DNA of 12,837 bases, taken from the IMG/VR virus record IMGVR_UViG_643692022_000004; one strand, written 5' to 3'. The notes under the pieces are model-generated. The model was not told the origin of the DNA and ran no database searches. It worked only from the letters and a program-made list of their open reading frames with translations. This stretch comes from a virus. Taxonomy: Duplodnaviria > Heunggongvirae > Uroviricota > Caudoviricetes. Position 1 is the first letter of the stretch. Each line of letters opens with the position of its first letter. This document shows positions 1 to 7,233 of the stretch, in pieces. The position numbers and the translations under genes are program-made.

Positions 1-243
1 TCACTCACTTACCAGCCAGAATTCCGCTTCTTCGAACATTTCCTGAACGACGGCACTTATCCGCTCTTTCTCATGTTTGCTGGCATCCGTGTTAATCGCT
101 GGCAGTGTCATCATCGGTTTAACCCGGACATCTGCATCCGGGAAGATCCGGTGCACTCTCTTACTCAGTTCATCTAAAATGATCTCTTTTGCACCAGGCA
201 GACCATCAAAATTCCTTTTGTCATAAACGAGTTCCACGAACAT
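1..243 (-). CDS. DinI-family DNA-damage-inducible protein (80 aa)
   Basis: Complete minus-strand ORF: ATG at 243-241, TGA at 3-1, AAGAGG-like RBS about 7 nt upstream. The C-terminal half (ELSKRVHRIFPDADVRV...KERISAVVQEMFEEAEFWLVSE) resembles E. coli DinI as I recall it (…ELSRRIQYAFPD…KQRISEILQETWESADDWFVSE). Two LexA-box-like palindromes lie immediately upstream. Confidence 0.7.
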   Translation of the reverse strand: MFVELVYDKRNFDGLPGAKEIILDELSKRVHRIFPDADVRVKPMMTLPAINTDASKHEKERISAVVQEMFEEAEFWLVSE

Positions 244-260
244 TGCGCATTGCCTCTTAA

Positions 261-300
261 CTGGACGTATATACAGTTTTTATACTGTATTTCTAACCAG
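261..300. promoter_or_regulatory. Tandem LexA (SOS) operator-like boxes upstream of the DinI-like gene
   Basis: CTGgacgtatataCAG (261-276) and CTGTatttctaaCCAG (285-300) both fit CTG-N10-CAG / CTGT-N8-ACAG. The second, in context TACTGTATTTCTAACCAGTA, closely resembles the dinI SOS box as I recall it. They sit 18-57 bp upstream of the ATG at 243. Confidence 0.6.
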
Positions 301-459
301 TATTCAAGATATGGCACTTCGCATCTACTATTCAGATGCACGCCTACATCATCAATGATGTGAGAACGGTAGAGCTTGAGGATTATATTTTTGTACGCAT
401 AAGCAGACTGAATTCGCAATACGCGGGTTCAGATTCTTGATAAATTGCGCATTGTTCCT

Positions 460-557
460 GCCGGATGCGGGGTAAATGTTTTGTTCGTTCTGAAATGTCA
501 ATAAAATACAATGCATTTCAGGAGGTTAGTCGGCCTGATAAGCGTAGCGCATCAGGC
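460..557. repeat. REP-like extragenic palindromic sequences
   Basis: GCCGGATGCGG (460-470) and the imperfect palindrome GGCCTGATAAGCGTAGCGCATCAGGC (532-557) match the enterobacterial REP/PU motif family from memory; no convincing ORF covers them. Confidence 0.45.
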
Positions 558-963
558 AATTTGCATTTGTCATCAGTCGCAATCCGCATTACATGGTTCT
601 TTATTGTCACTACTCAAATTCGCTGTCGCCATTTTGCCGCCACAGCCCAAGAAAAAGGCTACGCTTTCGCGTATCCATTTGATTTATTTTATGAGTGCGA
701 AATATCGTCAGCACACACTTCTATGGCTCTGTCTTTCTTTACATTCCACCTACGCTCGGCAACTAACAGAAAGTGTTGGTATTGGCCTCATGGGAATTTC
801 TCGCTGTTTTTTCTGATGTTCCAGAGGAGCGTCATTGCCATGAGTCGTCTCCATGCTTTTAGACCCAATGAAAACGATGGTTCTTTTCGTTGGGCCTGAC
901 AATGGGCTTAAAAAGTTCAGAATAAATTAGTTTGCTTGAGATTTTGCGAGACAAATTGAAGGC

Positions 964-984
964 ACAAAAAAGCCCGCAGGGCTT
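964..984 (-). terminator. Intrinsic-terminator-like hairpin, probable displaced ancestral ssrA terminator
   Basis: On the minus strand AGCCC-tgc-GGGCT is followed by a 6-T run (966-971). It is a near-identical copy of the hairpin just downstream of the ssrA 3' end at 12368-12386. Confidence 0.4.
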
Positions 985-1044
985 GCGCCATGCAGGCTTT
1001 CAGGACTTCATCGGATGGCTCTGGTAATCACCGATGGAGAATTT

Positions 1045-1066
1045 TGGTGGGCTGGCGGAGTTTGAA
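1045..1066. other. Distal attachment site (attL-like): degenerate direct repeat of the ssrA 3' end
   Basis: tggtgggctggcggagtttgaa versus the ssrA 3' terminus tggtggagctggcgggagttgaacc at 12436-12460 (shared blocks tggtgg / gctggcgg / agtt / gaa), in the same orientation and again adjacent to a copy of the terminator hairpin. Confidence 0.45.
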
Positions 1067-1119
1067 TAAATATTGTATTGCTTTGATTTTTAATGATTTT
1101 ATTTAATTCAGTTTTTATG

Positions 1120-1141
1120 CGTATACCTAATCGTATACCAA
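1120..1141. promoter_or_regulatory. Putative integrase arm-type binding sites (alpha-proximal arm)
   Basis: cgtatacct-aat-cgtataccaa; the same two motifs recur four times, in both orientations, at 12272-12323 next to int and the ssrA core. Confidence 0.35.
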
Positions 1142-1200
1142 TGGCTGTAAGTTAATGTGAAATGAAAGCGTATTTTTATTTGGATTGATGCTATATCGTA

Positions 1201-1500
1201 CAGGAAAAAATTTTTTTTCGAAAGAACTGTTCACACTGTTCACCCTTTGATTTTCTCCTTTTATTTCATAGTGATAGGTGGTGAATAATGGGTGAAGGGT
1301 GAACATTCGATTCTTCACCTCCGGCATTCTGCCGGTGTGACTCATACCGGTGATTAATCCCCCGTACTGAAAATCGCACAGGGAGAAAAAAGTTTTTTTT
1401 GATTTGATTGTTCACACTGTTCACCTTTCATTTTTCTCTTTTAATTTCAGTGTGATAACGGGTGAACATACGGTGAAGGGTGAACAGTGGATTGTTCACC
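1201..1500. repeat. crr-like cis replication region: two ~120-bp direct repeats carrying TGTTCACC-type octamer iterons
   Basis: Unit 1 (~1201-1320) and unit 2 (~1381-1500) each begin with an A-run/T-run and contain tgttcaca, tgttcacc and inverted ggtgaaca copies (e.g. 1228-1244, 1298-1305, 1409-1425, 1461-1468, 1479-1486, 1493-1500). TGTTCACC is the recalled binding octamer of the P4 alpha C-terminal domain. Confidence 0.7.
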
Positions 1501-1518
1501 TTCGGGGAATTCAGGGAT

Positions 1519-1543
1519 AAAAAAAGACCGGCAGATGCCGGTC
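1519..1543 (-). terminator. Rho-independent terminator of the leftward operon, just after alpha
   Basis: On the minus strand a 7-bp stem GACCGGC/GCCGGTC (1526-1532 / 1537-1543) with a 4-nt loop is followed by a 7-T run (1519-1525), 8 nt after the alpha stop codon at 1551-1553. Confidence 0.55.
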
Positions 1544-1550
1544 AGGTGGG

Positions 1551-3884
1551 TCAGGCTGTTGCAGGGTCGTCACATTTTGGCAGCCAGTCGCCGTAGCTTT
1601 CCTCTTTCAGTGTCAGGTTGGTCTGTATCCCCTGTTTGGTATGGCGCTTCTCGTAATTCAGTCCGTATTCCTTCAGCATCACCGGCAGCCCCAGCCCGAA
1701 CATTTTCAGACTGAGTACATTCCGGTAGCCGTTTGCCTCCATGTAGGCCAGATAGGCGTGATAGAGGTATTTACGGTAATTACGCGGGATGATACTGGCG
1801 TTCCCCATATACATGCCGCTGGTCTGCGGCAGGGTTTCCAGATAGCCGATAAAATCAAACGTCGGGTCGGCATCCCGTTTGATGTTCAGTGCCTCGTCTG
1901 AGTTCTGCTGGGACTGAAGCAGTGACCGGGCGAGCATCGGGTCGCTGAACTTCTGCATCAGGTGACGCACGATGACCGCCAGCTCGCGGGTGATTTTGTC
2001 CTTAAGCTGCGGGTCGCGCTCCTGCGGGGCTATCTGTTCCGGGAAGTGAATAATCACCCGCCGGCGTGACACGCCGCCGCTGCGGTCGGTGAAGCGCATC
2101 GGGTTATTGTTCACGGCCAGAATCACCGCCGGGATGTGCGTGGAGTACGCATCCCGGTATTTCGGGTCAACGGACACTGCATCGCCGCCGGTGATGGCCT
2201 TGAGTCCGGCTCCGTCGCCGCTCCATTTTTCCTGGTCCGGCAGGCGTATCAGTGAGAAGCCAGTTAACGCGGCACGTTCACGCGGGGATTCCAGCGTCTC
2301 AATGGTGGCCGACGTGGCGTTATCCTCACCGGCCAGCAGGGTGGCTATTTCGGCCATGATACTTTTGCCGCTGCCGCCGGGACCGGTCACCTCCAGAAAG
2401 AGCTGCCAGTCGTAGCGGTTTGCCAGCACCATAAACAGTGCGGCCAGAATCACGTCGCGTTTTTCCGCACGACCACCGGCAGCACGGTCAAGCCAGCGCC
2501 AGAACGCGGGAGCGTGGGTTTCCAGCGTTTCACCGTCCACCGGCGGGGTGAAATCCACATCACACAGGGTACGCATCCAGTGTGACGGACTGTGCGGGTG
2601 GAACGTACCGTTCTGCGTGTCGAGCACGCCGTTACGAAAGCCAATCAGGCGGCGGGAGGGGGCTTCCTGCTGCGGAATAATCAGCTTCAGGGTGTCCACC
2701 ACGGAGGCCACCTTCCCGGAGGAGAATGGCGCGCGCAGACGCTGAAACAGCCCGGCCACATCCCGGGCAAAGTCCTGTGGCGGCAGCACCTTCCAGACAC
2801 CATTTTCATAGCGGGACAGAAGCTGGCCGTTGGCATCGACCGCGAGCGCCTCGCCGTAATGCTCATAGATACGCATGGCCTTTTCGCTGGTACTCATGGC
2901 GGAAAACTCCGCTTCGCTCATGGTGTCGAACGGGCTTTCAGCCGGTGGCCGGATGGCATCATAAATGGCCTTACGGGTGGCCTCCCCGCCGTACTGCGTG
3001 AAGGCATCATTCCAGTCACCGAAGACCGGCGGCAGGGCAACAACACCTTCACACGCATCTGCGGCTGCGGCGGCTTTTTTCTGGCCGTCACCGCTGAGGT
3101 CACGGTCAGCGGCAAGGACAATCTGACAGGCGGGGTGCTTCTGCCGGGCAAGGCTGGCCAGAGAAAGGAGGTTCACGGAAGAAAGCGCCACCATCACCGT
3201 TTCACCGGTCAGGTGATGCACGGTAAGTGCGGTCGCGTATCCCTCCGCTATCCACAGACGTTTTCCGGCCTGATTCTGTCCTTCAAGGATGTGACAGGTG
3301 CCCCTGACCTGTCCGCCTTTCAGGGTGCGCTTACGGCCGTCAGCACTGATTAACTGAAGGTTAACCAGTTCGCCGCGGTCGTCATACAGTGGCACCACAA
3401 GGTCACCGGCGCGCCAGCTCACGCCACCGGCTCTGTGTGTGCCGGTCAGCATCCGGCATTCCCGGCCGGGAAAGCCCTTGCGGGTCAGGTAGGCGTTACC
3501 GGTTCCGGGACGGGTTTTCGCCATCAGGGTTTGTGCCAGTGCGGCGGCGTTCTTCCGGGCAGCGTCTGTTTCAGCAACAGCGGCGGTCGTCACTGCCGGG
3601 TCAGCCGGGGGCAGGCTGCCGGTCACGGCAGCCACCTTTGCGGCCGCATCGGACGGGGAAACACCAAACACCTTTTCAACCAGTTTCAGGCCGTCACCGG
3701 CACCACACTGATTGCAGTACCAGGTGCCGCGCCCCTCCCTGTCATCAAAACGGAAGCGGTCACTCCCGCCACAGACCGGACAGGGCTGATGACGGTTCTT
3801 CAGCACCTGAATCCCCAGCGCCGGGAGGATACGCGGCCAGTGGCCGAGTGCATGGCTGACGGTGGCGGTTACGTTCATTTTCAT
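1551..3884 (-). CDS. alpha: P4 alpha-type primase-helicase (777 aa)
   Basis: ATG at 3884 with AAGGAG RBS. N-terminal zinc-binding primase motif CPVCGGSDRFRFDDREGRGTWYCNQCG, Walker A VTGPGGSGKS of a D5/SF3-type helicase, and length matching the recalled 777 aa of P4 alpha. Flanked by its cognate octamer iterons. Confidence 0.95.
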   Translation of the reverse strand: MKMNVTATVSHALGHWPRILPALGIQVLKNRHQPCPVCGGSDRFRFDDREGRGTWYCNQCGAGDGLKLVEKVFGVSPSDAAAKVAAVTGSLPPADPAVTTAAVAETDAARKNAAALAQTLMAKTRPGTGNAYLTRKGFPGRECRMLTGTHRAGGVSWRAGDLVVPLYDDRGELVNLQLISADGRKRTLKGGQVRGTCHILEGQNQAGKRLWIAEGYATALTVHHLTGETVMVALSSVNLLSLASLARQKHPACQIVLAADRDLSGDGQKKAAAAADACEGVVALPPVFGDWNDAFTQYGGEATRKAIYDAIRPPAESPFDTMSEAEFSAMSTSEKAMRIYEHYGEALAVDANGQLLSRYENGVWKVLPPQDFARDVAGLFQRLRAPFSSGKVASVVDTLKLIIPQQEAPSRRLIGFRNGVLDTQNGTFHPHSPSHWMRTLCDVDFTPPVDGETLETHAPAFWRWLDRAAGGRAEKRDVILAALFMVLANRYDWQLFLEVTGPGGSGKSIMAEIATLLAGEDNATSATIETLESPRERAALTGFSLIRLPDQEKWSGDGAGLKAITGGDAVSVDPKYRDAYSTHIPAVILAVNNNPMRFTDRSGGVSRRRVIIHFPEQIAPQERDPQLKDKITRELAVIVRHLMQKFSDPMLARSLLQSQQNSDEALNIKRDADPTFDFIGYLETLPQTSGMYMGNASIIPRNYRKYLYHAYLAYMEANGYRNVLSLKMFGLGLPVMLKEYGLNYEKRHTKQGIQTNLTLKEESYGDWLPKCDDPATA

Positions 3885-3898
3885 GGTGTTGTTCTCCT

Positions 3899-4219
3899 TC
3901 AGTGCAGTACCGGCGCTTTTATGTGACGGGCACAGAGTTCATCCATCACAACCAGCCCGAGAAAGGACAGCGACGGCGCGGCCTTCAGGGGGCCGGATTC
4001 CATTAAATCTTCCAGCAGGGCACAGGCTATCTGACGCCCTTTTTCCTCACCGTGCTGGTGCAGATAAAAGCCTTCCAGCTCAGCGGCGATGGCCGCCTCC
4101 AGTGACTCAAGGGTGAGATGCGGGTAGCGGTGCTGACGTTCGCACACGGTCAGCCAGGCACAGGCGACAGCGCGACGGTAAAGGGCAGCGCGTAAGACGG
4201 GCGGTAAGGGGGTTTTCAT
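3899..4219 (-). CDS. P4 orf106-like hypothetical protein (106 aa)
   Basis: ORF of the length and position of P4 orf106, between orf151 and alpha; its stop (3899-3901) overlaps the alpha RBS. Function unknown. Confidence 0.7.
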   Translation of the reverse strand: MKTPLPPVLRAALYRRAVACAWLTVCERQHRYPHLTLESLEAAIAAELEGFYLHQHGEEKGRQIACALLEDLMESGPLKAAPSLSFLGLVVMDELCARHIKAPVLH

Positions 4220-4354
4220 TTGTTTTCCTCCCTGTGACAGATGACTGCATTCCGTGCCGGTTGCATTAACTGATAAGGCATATCTGCGTCTCCTGAAGAC
4301 GTGCGTATCCCTGCGCGAATACGCACATTTAATTTTTCGGGTGTCGTTTTTTAA

Positions 4355-4810
4355 TTACAGATAATTGCGGTAACTGTTATCCGGGGTGATTTCCGGGTCA
4401 GGCTCCGTGCGGGGAATTTCCCGCCATTCCCGCGCCACCGGTGCCGCCCGGCTGACCGGAACAGGGTCCTGCGGGTAAATATCCAGATATTTCTCCCGCC
4501 ATTTCTGTAATTCCGGGTCTCCGGCCATTTCTTTCAGTACCGCATGCCGGTTTACGGGGCTGCGTTTAAACAGGTCAGGACGGTCACAGGTAAATTCCCG
4601 CAGAAAACGCCCCAGCGGGATGTCTGTGGTGCGCCCGTCAGCGAGGATACGCACAAGGATACTGAATTTACGGCGGTACGGGTTCCAGACAATGTCCGGG
4701 CAGCGGTACGGCATTTCCCACGGAATACCGTCTTCCAGAATGCCGACCACGGCCACATCGGGAAAACCGGCAGAACGGTAAATCTCACCAGGCTGGGGAA
4801 AATCAAACAT
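4355..4810 (-). CDS. P4 orf151-like hypothetical protein (151 aa)
   Basis: ORF of the length and position of P4 orf151; its ATG (4810-4808) overlaps the epsilon stop (4803-4805), suggesting translational coupling. Confidence 0.7.
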   Translation of the reverse strand: MFDFPQPGEIYRSAGFPDVAVVGILEDGIPWEMPYRCPDIVWNPYRRKFSILVRILADGRTTDIPLGRFLREFTCDRPDLFKRSPVNRHAVLKEMAGDPELQKWREKYLDIYPQDPVPVSRAAPVAREWREIPRTEPDPEITPDNSYRNYL

Positions 4811-5090
4811 GCGTCCTGTCTCCCCGGTCTTTCTGCTGGGCGAGAAAATCGCGGCACAGGCCTTTGGCTTTCAGCTCATTCAGCACAAAATCAATATCTT
4901 CATTCAGGTAGCTGAAAATATGCGGAATGTAGAGCTGATGCAGGCCGGAGAGTTCACGGTGAATCAAATCACCCCCAACAAACTGGGATACGGCGCTGGC
5001 GCGGTTGAGCTTATGGTAAGCCTCAATGCTGAGGTGTTCACGGGCGTCATGACGCGCTGAGACGGTCTGAGGGGCTTTTTTATTACGCAC
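4803..5090 (-). CDS. epsilon: Epsilon-like protein (95 aa; P4 anti-repressor that derepresses the helper prophage)
   Basis: Position immediately downstream of the immunity region and upstream of orf151/alpha, as in P4. The start appears to be GTG (5090-5088) preceded by a G-rich RBS. Identity rests on synteny and size, not on a recalled sequence. Confidence 0.6.
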   Translation of the reverse strand: MRNKKAPQTVSARHDAREHLSIEAYHKLNRASAVSQFVGGDLIHRELSGLHQLYIPHIFSYLNEDIDFVLNELKAKGLCRDFLAQQKDRGDRTHV

Positions 5091-5283
5091 GGGACACCCC
5101 CATCACTGGCAGACGGGCAGCAAGGGAGAGCACATAGTCACGGACAAGGGAACGGCGGGCGCTGCGTTCATCACCGGCGACGGTGCGAAGCATGCAGATA
5201 CGGGGATGACGGTCTGCGCGACGGACAGCCGCAAACACAAAGACAAATTCAGGGTGTGAAGGGGTAAGGGTTGTAGCCATGAT

Positions 5284-5402
5284 GGCAGCCTCCGTTAGAT
5301 AGCAGGTTACGCTATCGCCGGAGTTTCCACGCTCGATGGCGATAGCCCAGACGGGGGTGGAAATACCGGCTCTAACGGATACCGGCCAGCCCGGAGGCTG
5401 CC
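5284..5402 (-). ncRNA. Candidate CI-like immunity RNA (structured RNA in the P4 immunity region)
   Basis: Perfect 11-bp long-range inverted repeat ggcagcctccg (5284-5294) / cggaggctgcc (5392-5402) enclosing a perfect 9-bp hairpin gctatcgcc (5311-5319) / ggcgatagc (5338-5346). The locus lies between vis and epsilon where P4 encodes the CI RNA. Exact ends are uncertain. Confidence 0.3.
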
Positions 5403-5528
5403 CCGCCTGAGCTACCATTGACTCTGCGGCATAATGAGCGGACGCGGGCAGGATGCACGGAGTGCCATCTGCTCGACTGACCACACACCACACCATAATC
5501 TGGCGCTCTGTGGCGTTGATTGCGACAC

Positions 5529-5550
5529 AAAAAAAGACGCATGGCGCGTC
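5529..5550 (-). terminator. Candidate attenuator/terminator hairpin in the leader between the early promoter and the CI-like RNA
   Basis: On the minus strand the stem GACGC/GCGTC (5546-5550 / 5536-5540) with loop GCCAT is followed by a 7-T run (5529-5535). The stem is short, so the call is weak. Confidence 0.35.
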
Positions 5551-5613
5551 ATATGTCGCCGTTAGATTGCTCGGGTTTCCACGCCCGGCTGCCGATTTTG
5601 CGACAGCGGAAAA

Positions 5614-5643
5614 ACTATATCCGCAAATGCCGGAAAAAGGCAA
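5614..5643 (-). promoter_or_regulatory. Candidate sigma70 promoter (PLE-like) downstream of vis
   Basis: On the minus strand TTGCCT (5643-5638), an 18-bp spacer, then TATAGT (5619-5614), directed toward the immunity region and epsilon. Hexamer match by eye only. Confidence 0.25.
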
Positions 5644-5678
5644 GCCAGAAAAAGGGAGTTTTTGCAGAGCGGGCATCA

Positions 5679-5945
5679 TCATGCGTCGTACCCCCGTTTG
5701 CGTCCGGCAATGCGCCCGGCCATCCATGCGGTGACTTCAGAGTGCAGCCAGGCCACATTTTTACCGCCAAGACTCACCTGCGGCGGAAATTCCCCCTTAC
5801 GGATGAGTTCATAGATGGTCGAGCGTGACAGGCCGCACAGGTGCATCACTTCCGGAAGACGTAAAAAACGCTCCTGTGTGATGTCCGGCAGCGGCATCAG
5901 TGGCGTCACAGGGGCGGGAGACGGGGAAGAAAAAACAGCTTGCAT
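5679..5945 (-). CDS. vis: Vis-like excisionase/transcriptional regulator (88 aa; AlpA/Xis-type helix-turn-helix)
   Basis: 88-aa ORF with a GAGG RBS. Contains the AlpA/Vis-type motif [45 protein letters not shown]. Same size and position as P4 orf88 (vis) between the late promoter region and the immunity region. Confidence 0.8.
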   Translation of the reverse strand: MQAVFSSPSPAPVTPLMPLPDITQERFLRLPEVMHLCGLSRSTIYELIRKGEFPPQVSLGGKNVAWLHSEVTAWMAGRIAGRKRGYDA

Positions 5946-6090
5946 CGGGCTACCTCGTTAATGTCCATACAGCACCGGATAAGTCCGTCCGGCTTCGGGT
6001 AGCGCTTTATTTTGTGAATATTTTCAGCAGACGCAACAGGGGGGATTTGTTCCGGCAGCCTTACAATGCTTGTGTATTTTTTGTTCATCT

Positions 6091-6120
6091 CCACTTAAAG
6101 TCATTTAAAGCCACTTAAAG
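6091..6120. promoter_or_regulatory. Three phased 10-bp direct repeats upstream of vis (candidate Vis/PLL operator)
   Basis: ccacttaaag / tcatttaaag / ccacttaaag are exactly contiguous with 10-bp periodicity, about 150 bp upstream of the vis start codon. Confidence 0.3.
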
Positions 6121-6224
6121 CAATTCGTAATTTTTATAGTGAAATACAAATCGTTTTTTCTTATTCATTCCCGGCGAATTAATAAAAACAAACAGTAATA
6201 AACAGCACAAAAAGCCCATCAACG

Positions 6225-6328
6225 GGTGAACAGTGGTGAACAGACGGTGAACAGTCATTACTGCGATTGTTCACCCTTTAACTTACTGTATTACTTATCT
6301 TTTTTCTTATGGTGAACAGAGGTGAACA
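6225..6328. repeat. ori-like replication origin: cluster of six GGTGAACA/TGTTCACC octamer iterons
   Basis: ggtgaaca at 6225-6232, 6235-6242, 6246-6253, 6311-6318, 6321-6328 and tgttcacc at 6268-6275, followed by an A/T-rich stretch (6331-6350). Same octamer as in crr, and located between vis and sid as in P4. Confidence 0.65.
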
Positions 6329-6408
6329 GTAAAATATAAAAAAAATAAACAGTAAGCCGTTTTTTCCAGCGACCTTTTCCTGGCTTGCCGGTGTGAGGAT
6401 GAGTCTCC

Positions 6409-6426
6409 TGTGTCAGGGCTGGCACA
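6409..6426 (+). promoter_or_regulatory. Psid-type late promoter activator site (TGT-N12-ACA dyad for Delta/Ogr-family activators)
   Basis: TGTgtcagggctggcACA, centred roughly 80 bp upstream of the sid ATG, consistent with the recalled P2/P4 late-promoter architecture (dyad centred near -55). Confidence 0.5.
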
Positions 6427-6498
6427 TCTGCAATGCGTCGTGTTGTTGTCCGGTGTACGTCACAATTTTCTCAACCTGAAGTGACGAGGAGCCGGAAA

Positions 6499-7233
6499 AT
6501 GTCTGACAACACCATCCCTGAATATCTGCAACCCGCACTGGCACAACTGGAAAAGGCCAGAGCCGCCCACCTTGAGAACGCCCGACTGATGGATGAGACC
6601 GTCACGGCCATTGAACGGGCAGAGCAGGAAAAAAATGCGCTGGCGCAGGCCGACGGAAACGACGCTGACGACTGGCGCACGGCCTTTCGTGCAGCCGGTG
6701 GTGTCCTGAGCGACGAGCTGAAACAGCGCCACATTGAGCGCGTGGCACGCCGGGAGCTGGTACAGGAATATGACAATCTGGCCGTGGTGCTGAATTTCGA
6801 ACGTGAACGCCTGAAAGGGGCGTGTGACAGCACGGCCACCGCCTACCGGAAGGCACATCATCACCTTCTGAGTCTGTATGCAGAGCATGAGCTGGAACAC
6901 GCCCTGAATGAAACCTGTGAGGCGCTTGTCCGGGCAATGCATCTGAGCATTCTGGTACAGGAAAATCCGCTCGCCAACACCACCGGCCATCAGGGCTACG
7001 TCGCACCGGAAAAGGCTGTCATGCAGCAGGTGAAATCATCGCTGGAACAGAAAATTAAACAGATGCAAATCAGCCTCACCGGCGAGCCGGTTCTCCGGCT
7101 GACCGGACTGTCAGCGGCAACACTTCCTCACATGGATTATGAGGTGGCAGGCACACCGGCACAGCGCAAGGTGTGGCAGGACAAAATAGACCAGCAGGGA
7201 GCAGTGCTTAAGGCCAGAGGACTGCTGTCATGA
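6499..7233 (+). CDS. sid: Sid-like capsid size determination (external scaffold) protein (244 aa)
   Basis: ATG at 6499 preceded by AGGAG (6486-6490); the track ORF begins 66 nt further upstream but lacks an RBS. The product starts MSDNTIPEYL and is 244 aa, the recalled length of P4 Sid. First gene of the sid-delta-psu operon. Confidence 0.85.
   Translation: MSDNTIPEYLQPALAQLEKARAAHLENARLMDETVTAIERAEQEKNALAQADGNDADDWRTAFRAAGGVLSDELKQRHIERVARRELVQEYDNLAVVLNFERERLKGACDSTATAYRKAHHHLLSLYAEHELEHALNETCEALVRAMHLSILVQENPLANTTGHQGYVAPEKAVMQQVKSSLEQKIKQMQISLTGEPVLRLTGLSAATLPHMDYEVAGTPAQRKVWQDKIDQQGAVLKARGLLS

Noticed and set aside
174-899. ORFs 174-419 (minus), 465-899 and 511-816 (plus) in the left flank
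   Set aside because: 174-419 overlaps the DinI-like gene and its promoter in another frame; the plus-strand pair overlap each other, start in REP-like sequence and have implausible composition. None has a recognisable motif.
1201-1500. Possibility that the octamer repeats at crr/ori are a CRISPR array
   Set aside because: Repeat units are 8 bp, occur in both orientations with irregular spacing, and the larger repeat is only two ~120-bp units; no regular repeat-spacer architecture and no cas genes.
1127-1714. ORFs 1127-1345 (minus) and 1487-1714 (plus) over crr and the alpha 3' end
   Set aside because: They cover the iteron repeats and terminator or run antisense to alpha; more parsimoniously non-coding replication/termination sequence.
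2592-3353. 253-aa plus-strand ORF (and neighbouring plus-strand ORFs 1641-1901, 2089-2415, 2548-2745, 2726-3001, 3389-3926) inside alpha
   Set aside because: They lie antisense to the strongly supported alpha gene, have low-complexity R/G/A/P-rich composition typical of antisense frames in GC-rich DNA, and lack RBSs.
4301-4326. Hairpin GTGCGTAT-N10-ATACGCAC between orf151 and orf106
   Set aside because: On the coding (minus) strand it is not followed by a U-run, so it is not a convincing terminator; it looks like one only on the plus strand, where nothing is transcribed. Possibly a processing or stability element, but unsupported.
5083-5727. 214-aa minus-strand ORF spanning the immunity region
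   Set aside because: It starts inside vis in another frame, runs across the structured-RNA and terminator-like elements and ends overlapping the epsilon start; composition is not protein-like, and P4 has no large protein gene here to my knowledge.
6460-7006. Minus-strand ORFs of 176, 122 and 134 aa overlapping sid
   Set aside because: Antisense to sid, mutually overlapping in different frames, with biased composition (R/S/A-rich); artefacts of GC-rich sequence.
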